The notes beneath the pieces are model-generated. The model was not told the origin of the DNA, searched no databases, and saw only the letters and a list, made by a program, of their open reading frames with translations. From assembly GCA_043228905.1 (NCBI GenBank), contig JBHGNT010000969.1, positions 1 through 13,280 of the forward strand: a stretch of 13,280 nt of DNA, given 5' to 3'. This DNA comes from Azolla caroliniana (lineage: Eukaryota > Plantae > Polypodiophyta). The position numbers were made by a program, and so were the translations under genes. Below, piece after piece: positions 1-8,939 of the stretch; position 1 is the stretch's first letter; the number at the start of each line of letters is the position of its first letter.

Positions 1-622
1 AATCACCTGACCCAACATCAGTTACCCAATCGGAGTGATCAACTAGTTCATGCAGAAGCCGATCGTCGAGCACCTTTAGTGCGCACACTGGATACTCCGT
101 TATGTTAGTGGCACGAAGGACCGGGGACTGTTATACCGACACGGTATAGCTGGGAAGCTCATCGGATATATCGATGCCAACTGGGATGCTGATGCATCGG
201 ATCACCGATCCACCTCCAGTTACATGTTTTCTCTTGGTAGCACGATTGTTGCGTGGAGCAGCAAAAAGCAGCCAACAGTGGCTCTTTCGAGCACTGAGGC
301 TGAGTACCGGGGCGCTACCATTGCACCCTGTGAAGCCATCTGGCTTCGGCGACTGTTGTGTGACCTCTGGATCGAAGTGCCGACATGAGCAGCATACAGG
401 TCGCCAAGAACCCTGATTTCCATGCTCGGACAAAGCATATAGAAGTGCATTATCACTTTGTTTGTGAGCGGGTCCTGAGCGGTGAAGTTGAAATTCGGTA
501 TGTTCACACGGATCGGCAAGTGGCTGACATCTTCACCAAGCCGCTCAGGTCAAACAAGTTGCAACACTTTTTAGAGCTGCTCGGCATTCAACATCTCGAT
601 GTGCCGCACTTGAAGGGGAGAA
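1..622 (+). pseudogene. Ty1/Copia pol remnant (RT C-terminus + RNase H), disrupted
   Basis: Frame +2 reads IT*PNISYPIGVIN*FMQKP..ILRYVSGT..LIGYIDANW..RSTSSYMF..WSSKKQPTVALSSTEAEY. After a frameshifting deletion at ~384, frame +1 reads KNPDFHARTKHIEVHYHFV..QVADIFTKPL. These are canonical Copia RNase H motifs. Three in-frame stops fall at positions normally R/Q. Confidence 0.96.
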
Positions 623-1212
623 GAGGAACAGGAATGAATGGCACCGAACAAGGAGCTAAAGAGGAAGAAAGAACCGAGGGGAGAGATAAGCGGAAAAAGG
701 AAGCCGAGTCGACCCAAGGAGTCGGCACATCCAATCAAGTCGGAGCAAGCGGCAATGGTGGCGGAGTCAAGAAGAAAAGAACCGACCAGAAGAAGGCCAA
801 GACCCGGACGTGGTCCGATGTGGTGAAGGACCTAAAAACGGAAGACTAGTTGGAGACTGCCAACTCAGACAAGAGTTGGAATGAATCGGAGGAAGCTGAT
901 TCGGTTCCAGATTCAGAGAACCTGGATCAACTAAAGGCCAAGCGGACGAGAAGGCAGCGGAAGTCGACACTGACACGAAGGAACTGATGGATCGACAAAC
1001 GCCGGAGTCATAACATCGAAGGAGCTGAAATGGGCCTGTTGAGCAGACAAGCTGACCAAGGAGGTCGAGGTGCGTAGTACCGGACGGGTCGCGAGAAGCG
1101 GAACCAGATCGGACGAGAAGCAAGAGCAAGGGGGGAGGACGTCAGAAGAAGCCGAAGGAAAGGACCGGCTACTACAGACACTAACAGCATGATCTAACCT
1201 CAAGTTGAGCTT

Positions 1213-1221
1213 GAGGGGGAG
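1213..1221 (+). other. Polypurine tract (PPT) of the Copia element
   Basis: GAGGGGGAG immediately followed by TGTTG (LTR start). Confidence 0.85.
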
Positions 1222-1664
1222 TGTTGAGCGAGCAAGCTCAACCGGATCCGGATCGGCATCCGGAAGGATGAGCCGTATTGGTATTCATATGGTATCCACA
1301 AACAACCGGCCGGATTGGGGAGACAGATCAGAGAGCCAGATTCGAGTGTGATCCGGAAGCCTAGTAGTAGCCTACACTACTAGGTAATCATTGTCTCGCA
1401 GTTAGTGTCAATCGCTCGTATGAGCATTGAAGTACATAGTACTTTTGTCAGTCCTTTTTTGAAGACTTGTATAAATAGTGTTGTTTAGCACGTTGTATGT
1501 ACAGAGTTTCAGAGTGATATTTTGAATCGAGTTTATGTTCTGCTCTCTCTCTCTCTATCCCATGCGTATTCTCTGTGTTAAGTTCTCCATTAAACCTTTT
1601 CTCATTTTCTGTTGTTATCCAGCTAAGTCGGTTTGTCTAACGCTTCCGCATGCTAACTTTTACA
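1222..1664 (+). mobile_element. 3' LTR of the Copia element (~443 bp)
   Basis: Starts TGTTG right after the PPT, contains TATAAAT (~1470) and a (CT)n tract, and ends ...CGCTTCCGC...TTTTACA. The 5' LTR is outside the window, so the right boundary cannot be confirmed by comparison. Confidence 0.75.
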
Positions 1665-1729
1665 GATACAAAGTGGAAGGAGTCGGCCTTTTATGCCAAT
1701 AGATACTCTAGGAGAAAGAAAAGTTAGTG

Positions 1730-2838
1730 ATCCTTGAACCATCGAGTGCCCCATATTCGAATCGTTGGTTTATGGTGCCGCAGAAGAACGGCACATTGCG
1801 TTTTATACATGGCCTGCAACCAATCAACAAAGTGATGATATGAAGTGTAGGGGTTGGGCCGACTATCCACGAGCTTGTAGAGGCCTTCGTCGGAAGGTCG
1901 ATCTACTCGGTCGGTGACTTATACTCAAGGTACCACCAATTCCAACTAGTCATTGAAAGTAGGGACATCACGACGATGTGGACCCCGCTCGGCTTAGTTC
2001 GGATGTGTACCCTATAGCAAGGAGGAACAAATTTGGTGTTGGACATGGTGAATGTGATGAATAAGGTATTGCGGGATTGCATCCCGGACATTACCATGTC
2101 ATTCCTGGACGACATCCCGATAAAGGAGTGTCCAGATGACAAAAAAGACAAGTTGGTCAGGGAAGACAAATGTCAAAATTTTGTAGCTCACCACATCGCC
2201 AACTACGAGAAGATCATGTAGAGGTTGGACATAGCACGATTAACCTTCTCTAGAAAGAATTTGGCGTTCGGCCACTCGGAGATCTTAGTGGTTGGACACC
2301 TATGCAGATCGTACAGTCAAAAACCATCCCCGATGAAAGTCGAAGCTATAGCGGAGATGAAGGAAGAGTGCAACTCAACGATAGAGGTTCGACGGTTTTT
2401 AGGAGCTTGTGCCTTTTATCACATTTAGATTCCCCACTATGTGCATATTGTTGAGCCATTGTATGCTTTACTGAAGAAGGGGCGGAAGTTTGAATGGGGC
2501 GAACAGCACTCAGAGGCGATGAGGAGGCTAAAGGGGAAGCTGATGTCGGCTTCGACTCTCTAGAAGGAGATCTATGGAAAGGGATTCCCGATAGACCTGA
2601 TGCTCAACACGAGTCTGACTCAATGGGTAATTAATTAGGAGGAAGAAAGCGGCATGTGATTCGCCATATGGTTCGCAAAATTACTAACTGAGCGATAGTA
2701 GTGAGGATACACCCAAGTCAAGCGGGAGCTATGGGGTATCGTTTCGGCGATGAAGACCAATAAAAACTACTTGATCTGGATGGAGGTTGTCATCGAGATG
2801 GATTGTCTCCAGATCCTTGGGATGATATCCAGATGCCT
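1730..2838 (+). pseudogene. Ty3/Gypsy pol remnant (RT + RNase H), multiple stops
   Basis: Frame +2: ILEPSSAPYSNRWFMVPQKNGTLRF..DLYSRYHQF..RDITTMWTPLGLVRMCTL*QG..SFLDDIPIK..EVRRFLGACAFY..FEWGE..YTQVKRELWGIV..VIEMDCLQIL. RT catalytic FLDD followed by a Gypsy-type RNase H. Confidence 0.93.
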
Positions 2839-3654
2839 TGTCGTGAAAATTCGTCACTACGTGTGGATCGTGAGGCGAAACCGCCGAGGTTCTAAAAGGG
2901 AAGGATTCGAAGTTTGCACTAGCTTTAGCGAGAAAGGATTTAAGATAGATTGAGAGAGAGAGATTGAGATTAAGATTCCAATTTTGAAACAAATTGAGAA
3001 AGATTTAAATGGAGAAAGAGAGACTAAGATTGAACTCTTGACTTTAGATTTGAAGAACAAGATATATATCATCAATTGGATAACAAATTTTCTTCTTATT
3101 AAATTCTTAATTCATACATCGCTCTCCTTTTGATCTTTTTCAACCACTCTGTTATAGACGACCCCATGCATATGATGCATATGAGGGTACAAGACATGCA
3201 TACAATGCATGGAATGCATGTGATGCATGTTTGCCATTTGGCACTCATGCATTACATGTCATGATAACCATGTCACTCAATCAAGCTCTAATATGAGAAT
3301 TTATATGTAAAAGTATAATGATAGAAAAAATATTTCTAAGGAAATGAATTAGCTTAGTGGTAAGTCTACTCCTTTTTATCTTGGAGGTGCAAGGTTCAAG
3401 CCTTGCTTGCATCCCTTTGTATACAAACATTTACTAGGTTTTTTAGTCTAGATGATTTTGTTCATTTCACACCGAAATCATCGTAATCAACCTACCCGAT
3501 TGATCCATCTATCTGGTCTGCATCCGACCCGGTGATCCAGTCTATCCAGTTTCGGTTCCGTCGTCTGTTCCGGTCTCGATTTGGTCCGGTTCCAGCTCCG
3601 TCGCCGTCCGTCTGGTCTCGTCCTCCAAAACCCATTACGAGTAGTTAAGCCACA
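2839..3654 (-). mobile_element. Probable solo/orphan LTR (~816 bp)
   Basis: Gypsy homology stops abruptly at 2838. The minus strand begins TGTGGC (3654) and ends TTTTCACGACA (2839), with a GC-rich 5' part, CTATAA near 3155 and a CT-rich 3' part. No convincing TSD (GCCT/GTCT only). Confidence 0.5.
3350..3406 (+). other. tRNA-derived / Pol III A-box and B-box module (not an intact tRNA)
   Basis: A box TAGCTTAGTGG (3350-3360), B box GGTTCAAGCC (3393-3402), T-arm-like stem GCAAGG/CCTTGC. No acceptor stem, and an internal T5 run. Confidence 0.55.
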
Positions 3655-3764
3655 GTCTAGCCCAAGAACATTCTATGCTCCACACATAGACAGAAAGTAA
3701 TAAGTTCTGGCTCTGCTTATATAATGTGGGATCCTGATTTGTCCTATCTATGTGGGATATCTCA
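3655..3764 (-). mobile_element. Possible short LTR/TRIM-like fragment
   Basis: Minus strand starts TGAGATATCCCACAT, repeats ATCCCACAT, then TATATAAG. Resembles the starts of short plant LTRs (recollection only). Confidence 0.25.
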
Positions 3765-4052
3765 TAGATTTGTTTTTCTCTTCTTCTTGTCAAACTTCAC
3801 ATTCACATAACTTGACACTAAGTTGTCCATTTCACATGTAGTAAAATGCATTCGGAAGCTCTTGAAGACATCCATCTTTTCGTACCAAGATATTAAACTA
3901 ATATAAAATAAAATCTTCACTATTATTGTTTCATATTGTGTGTGAAGAACAACACTAGATTTTGTACATTCTATACAATTTTCACACCGTTGCCAAAAAT
4001 CTTCACGGCATCCACCCCCACCAAACCGCACGTCCTCCGATACGTGCCAAGA

Positions 4053-4091
4053 ATGTGCACAGAGCATGCGATGGCTGGAGAAGGCTATGAG
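4053..4091 (-). repeat. 39-bp direct duplicate of the 3' coding end of the 4359..5030 gene (relic)
   Basis: 4053-4091 matches 4365-4403 at 38/39 nt. Encodes LIAFSSH(R/H)MLCAH on the minus strand. Confidence 0.9.
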
Positions 4092-4168
4092 ACCATGTTA
4101 CGTCTTCGAAACAAGAAGAAGAAGGCACGAGTGCCATATATGTATGTTTGTTTCGAGTACCCACATAC

Positions 4169-4302
4169 ACAAACATAGTTTGGTAGGGACACACAGAACG
4201 CAGACAAACATAGCTTGGTAGGGACATGGATAGATAGATAGATAGATAAGACAGAGACAAACATAGCTTGGTAGGGACATGGATAGATAGATAGATAAGA
4301 CA
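4169..4302. repeat. Minisatellite: 3 x 23-bp core ACAAACATAG(C/T)TTGGTAGGGACA with embedded (GATA)n
   Basis: Cores at 4169-4191, 4204-4226 and 4257-4279. Copies 2 and 3 are followed by TG(GATA)nAGACA with different n. Confidence 0.92.
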
Positions 4303-4358
4303 CAGATAGATATGAAGAAGGTCGCTATAAAGCTTAACTAAAGCTTAGACAGCGAGAG

Positions 4359-5030
4359 CTACACATGTGCACAGAGCATGTGATGGCTGGAGAAGGCTAT
4401 GAGTACAGAGAAGAGAACGAGGAAGCTCAGGACTAGGTTTCTGTAGACATGGAAGCTTGATTCGACCCTGTAATACCCCTCCTCCTCCTCTTCAATTCGC
4501 AACGTCTTCAGGTCTACTTCCGCACCCCTGTCACGCAGATCGCTTATGGGGCGGAATATCGCGTTCAACCAATCCTTGTGTCTCTGGAATTCCTCCTTCT
4601 GCTTGCGGAGCGCGCCGACCTTGTCCATGGTAGCCAACATTGTCGCAATGGCGATGGCTATGGTTAGAACGATCGGACCCCAGCTGTCTGAACACTTCAT
4701 GTTGTTTGCTTGTGATACCCCCATAAACAACAGGCCTTGTAACACCGTATACAGACTGATGATTTCATAGATCTCGCGTTTGTGGCGATGCACAGCTCTA
4801 CGTTTCCTGCTCATCACTTTCATCATTTTGGCTTCCTTGTCTTGCAGGCTGTGTAGCTTTAAGTAGTGTGGTTTGCTCTTCACCAAGCTCTCCAATGCCT
4901 CTTTCCTCGGCGGTAGAAACTTGGATAGCATCACAACGGACTCTTTAGGTACTGTACTAATGTTCACACCATGCTCGTGATTATTAGGGTTTGTAACATG
5001 GCTTATGCTTGCATCTAATTCTGCATCCAT
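4359..5030 (-). CDS. Uncharacterised plant 3-TM / coiled-coil protein, paralogue 1 (start may be Met34 at 4931)
   Basis: Intact 223-aa ORF: helix, TM1 (LYTVLQGLLFMGVSQ), C-x-x-x-W-x-P, TM2, coiled coil, DLRDRGAEVDL, TM3, MLC. Clear homology to 7778..8398. Motifs resemble a land-plant family I recall as PTHR33287 (unverified). Confidence 0.88.
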   Translation of the reverse strand: MDAELDASISHVTNPNNHEHGVNISTVPKESVVMLSKFLPPRKEALESLVKSKPHYLKLHSLQDKEAKMMKVMSRKRRAVHRHKREIYEIISLYTVLQGLLFMGVSQANNMKCSDSWGPIVLTIAIAIATMLATMDKVGALRKQKEEFQRHKDWLNAIFRPISDLRDRGAEVDLKTLRIEEEEEGYYRVESSFHVYRNLVLSFLVLFSVLIAFSSHHMLCAHV

Positions 5031-5232
5031 ACTCTTATGTGATGTCTTATTTTAGTCCAAAGTCTCACTAATCTACATTGATTACAGGATCTCTCCGGAT
5101 GTAACAACCAGTGAATGAGTTTTACATTAATTTCATCAGTGACACACCATGCTAAACATTATAATTAGTATTTGTAACATGGATTGATTATTTTTAGATC
5201 TCACGTTCGTAGATCCATACTCTTAAACGATG
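4965..5232. repeat. Diverged direct duplication (~4965-5044 vs ~5143-5232) spanning the predicted start codon
   Basis: Collinear shared blocks CACACCATGCT, TTTGTAACATGG, ATCT, ATCCATACTCTTA, GATG. Confidence 0.8.
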
Positions 5233-5333
5233 ACCACAAATGCTCACCTCACCATATAGAAAATTCTAGAAAGTTCTAGTCTAGATTGTTTATCGATTCT
5301 GTAGAGCGGAGAAACAACAATTGCGTGGTGTCA

Positions 5334-5344
5334 TTATATATAGG
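5334..5344 (-). promoter_or_regulatory. Candidate TATA box for paralogue 1
   Basis: CCTATATATAA on the minus strand ~305 bp upstream of the ATG. Confidence 0.45.
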
Positions 5345-7777
5345 TCACTATTGTAGAGCTAAGAAATAAAATTTGAGTGCTACAATTATTCTTTCTCTTA
5401 TAAAGCAAGAGTCGTGTCTTCTTATAAAGTAAAAGGTTCCCCATTCAACTTTCTCTTGTGATGATTTGACATTTGAACCATCTCTTAAGTATATTGTCCC
5501 TTCATTTGTTTGCTGACAAGTTCCATCAATATCCTGTCTAACTTTCCCATCTATGGTTACTCTGTGTGTATGCTTGTTTGAACTTTGAACAACTTTAGCT
5601 GGATGGAATGCGACCATTTATTACCATGTATTGTATATTTTCCAATTGTCCAAATTAGTGACTTGCCGACTGCGCTATGTTTGTATCGATAATTGCAAGA
5701 ATCTGCAACATGGCAGAAGATATCACAATAATAGTCCAGGATATCCTTTGTCTCTTTCTATGAGGCATTGACGAGATTTACATGTAGCTTTTCATTGCCA
5801 CACAGCAAATGAAAAAATGAGCACTGTACAGTACATCTGACCTACAAAAATTGACCACCACACTTCAACCAAAGATGTGAAATATAATTAGAATCTCTGC
5901 ATATTAATTCTCATTTCTCTGCAATTAAGGTGTAATTGTAAGCAATACTTAAAGTACAAATTTCATAGTCATGATCTTCAATAATCTATTATTCTGTAAA
6001 TAATCTACGAAAACTGTCAATTCATACCCCACCGATGCATTTTCATTGAACATGTGGTGGAAACACTGCCATTGCACCGAAAACTGTGTATGTATGTCTG
6101 CCGACAGACTTAAATTAGCAGATTGAGAATCCCATCAGCAACCCAACCATTAGAGAATACTATCAACTAGCAGTTGAATATTGGATTGGCTCACCGAAAT
6201 GGAATCTCTTAGTGTTTTCAATTTCTTTCTCGCCTTTTATTCAATTATCTGTTCTTTTTCCCTCAATTTTGCTGACCTAGAACTGTAGGAGCACCTAGAG
6301 GTTGCAGTAATGAGCATCAATTGAGTCTGACATGAGCATTTTTAATTTGCACATAGATCCATCTTACCAACTACAACAATCAAACTTATTCATCAAACAA
6401 TGGTTGTCCTCTCACTTTCTTGAGTCAGTGGGATGCAGAATACATTACAAATTGGAAAGAAGAAAACGAGGTAGAAACCAAAATCTATCATTAATTCTGT
6501 CTTTTCTCTGAAGTCAAAAGAATCCAACGATGCATTATGGTAGCGAATTTTTGTATGGTAGCAATGGAATGCGTATAATTTTATATTGACTGTAAACTCT
6601 TTTTTCTTTGAGCAAATGCATTTTAACTTACTAGTGAAGCTTACCAAGAAGATTCATGACACTTTGAATTGGAACCACTACAAAAAACATATGCCTTGCA
6701 ATGTTTGGAGGGGCGTGTCAAATTCAAAGGCATATACACTTTTTGTGATTATGAATGGTCTTAAAGTAGTTGATTCTACAAGAAAAGTGTTAAAAAATGT
6801 GTTTGACCATTGTAGCATATACCTCCAAGGAATGGCCTGCAGGAGTCTTCACATGAACACGCAATTAGATCTTATGTCTTTCACGCCGCCAAAGAAACGA
6901 AATTTCCAAGAATGTACATACACCTATGCAAGAGCTAACTGTAGATCCAAGAAGTCAAGACATCAAAGCTTTGATTTTAGGTTATTATACAATGGAAGCA
7001 GAAAGGATGAGAGAGCTAAACTGTAAACTAATTTTTTTGAGAAGAGGGTTTGGAGTAGTTAAAAGCTCCCATTAAAATTATGATCGATAATGTTTTGGAA
7101 AACATGAGACTTACCAAAGTGTCCTAGCAATCGGGTCACTGGATTTTTCATGTGTTAGGTTCAGGTGCTTCTTCAATTGTGGCTTTACACACATGCAACA
7201 TCCATGAGCCATGTATCATACATTCATATGGCTCATTAACAATCTCACCGATAGATATTCAATGAGAATACATAATACTACCATTCAAAATCCATAAGAG
7301 CTTTTAAAATTTAGCACTCATAATACCGCTCCGTTGCGGGCTTCCATTAAGACTCATAATCGATGGATAGTGTTTAAGTAGAGCTCCTAATAATACCATT
7401 TGTAATGCTAATTGTAATCATCTTAATTTTAGTGTTCGATTATGAAATTCTCAAAACCTCTAGAGGAGAATTAGTGTACAAAAATCGTAGCCCACGGTAT
7501 CATTTGCAAATCATCGAAATTTTAAACAGGTTCTTTTATTCTCAATCAATAATATCATTGCGGGCAGGCTTTGGGAAAAGTAATTAATCATAAAAGCCCC
7601 AAGTTATAATTTATACAAAAAATAACAACGTTATAGTTTCGGCGCTATAAATGTGGAACGTTACTAATCCTCTACAAGTCAATAGAAACGTAGAACATCC
7701 ACATATTAATCAGTCACTTAATATAATGATACATGATAGTATATAACAGTAAATACGACACAGAAGAGCCCACGGAT

Positions 7778-8398
7778 TTATCGAGGGCAGCTCTTACAAT
7801 TGTGGCACAGGGTTCTCTGAGAGAACACGGAAATGGTGAGGAAGATGGAGAAGAGGAAGAATAGAGCCGATAAGGCATACCATGACATGACTTCCTTTAA
7901 TCCAGCCTTGGGGTCATCACGAACATAGGCACGAGGTGTGGAATCGTTTAGATTCAAGCCTGCACCCTCTTTATCTAGGCGATCAAGCATCTTAACTAGT
8001 GCAGCAATGTTTGCATCAGTCCTGTGGATCTCATTCTTGATTATGCCCAGCTCATAGAGCTTGTCGGCCACGGCCAGCATGGACCCGAGCCCGACGATCA
8101 CAGACAGCAAGATCGGGCTCCACACGAGCGAGCAATCGAGGAGGTTTGTTCGCGCTACGGCCATGAAAATGATGGCTTGGACTATCATGGACATGCCCGA
8201 GACGTGGTACGCCCCGGACCTCAGCCCGACCAATTCCTCTTCCTGGTCGGACTTTTGGACCTCGAATGCCTTCCGGTCGACACTCCATATGCTACGTAGC
8301 TCCTTGTGGGCGGGGCTATTCTCGATGCTCATGATCGTCTCCTCCGCGGAGAGGATTAGCTTCGGCTTCTTGGTACTCACACTCATCATCACTGTCAT
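7778..8398 (-). CDS. Uncharacterised plant 3-TM / coiled-coil protein, paralogue 2
   Basis: Intact 206-aa ORF, GC-rich relative to its flanks: TM1 (MIVQAIIFMAVAR), CSLVWSPILLS TM2, DKL, coiled coil, RLDKEGAGLNL, TM3, TLCHNCKSC. TTACAG directly before C-ATG suggests an upstream intron. Confidence 0.9.
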   Translation of the reverse strand: MTVMMSVSTKKPKLILSAEETIMSIENSPAHKELRSIWSVDRKAFEVQKSDQEEELVGLRSGAYHVSGMSMIVQAIIFMAVARTNLLDCSLVWSPILLSVIVGLGSMLAVADKLYELGIIKNEIHRTDANIAALVKMLDRLDKEGAGLNLNDSTPRAYVRDDPKAGLKEVMSWYALSALFFLFSIFLTISVFSQRTLCHNCKSCPR

Positions 8399-8641
8399 GC
8401 TGTAATAAGGTTTTTGTTATATTGAAGATCACAACAAGTGGAATACAATGTTTCTAATGTACATACACAATTGCTGAAGCTCTCGGAATGTGTTACAGCA
8501 TTATATGTTATATTTAGAATTACGAATAAATATCATAAAAGTTGTAAAAATTGGCAAATATACACATAGTATTGACCAGAGAATGCAGAGTTAGAGCAAA
8601 ATTGCACCTTTTTTAGTCAATGTATTACACAGCCAAATGGC

Positions 8642-8657
8642 TTATATATATATATAG
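8642..8657 (-). promoter_or_regulatory. Candidate TATA box / (TA)n for paralogue 2
   Basis: CTATATATATATATAA on the minus strand ~250 bp upstream of the ATG. Confidence 0.4.
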
Positions 8658-8735
8658 AAACGAGTAATCAAAAGTTAGAACTCTTCAATGAAGAGTTTTT
8701 TTTGGAAAAGTAATAGTATTACTATTAGTAGTTGG

Positions 8736-8922
8736 TGTAGGGAAAAGAAGAGAAAGAGAGAAGAAAGAGAGATAGAAAGAAAAGAGAGAGAGAGAAGAAA
8801 AACAGTTATATTATTACGCCCTAACTATTTGATCATTGGTTGGTGGTGGCTTTATAAAACCACCACCATACAGTTACGGTTTCCTTCGGGAGACCGTATT
8901 CCTAATACTAATAACTATTTAT
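8736..8922 (-). repeat. 3' LTR of element A (5'-truncated)
   Basis: Direct repeat of 10291-~10474 with about 7 substitutions and a few indels by eye. Ends CCTACA on the minus strand. Confidence 0.92.
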
Positions 8923-8939
8923 AGGGTACAACCATATTC

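Noticed and set aside
3340-3415. Functional tRNA gene
   Set aside because: No acceptor stem, 6-nt T loop, internal TTTTT terminator
2835-3658. GCCT/GTCT as TSD of the putative solo LTR
   Set aside because: Only 3/4 match, and Gypsy pol does not resume on the right side
4169-4302. CRISPR-like array of 23-bp repeats
   Set aside because: Only three cores, unequal spacers made of shared GATA repeats, no cas genes, eukaryotic context
5348-6647. Short ORFs 5348..5617 and 6393..6647
   Set aside because: No motifs or compositional signal; consistent with intergenic DNA
6586-7026. 146-aa ORF
   Set aside because: TTG start, AT-rich, no recognisable domain in any frame. The weak 'SNSKAYTLF' resemblance to Copia sequence is not supported by flanking motifs.
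7125-7135. TAGCAATCGGG, similar to the MITE TIR
   Set aside because: No subterminal AACCG repeats, partner TIR or TSD; likely chance
8024-8405. Overlapping ORFs 8024..8299, 8052..8288, 8061..8405 (and 4546..4770)
   Set aside because: Shadow frames of the GC-rich real CDSs
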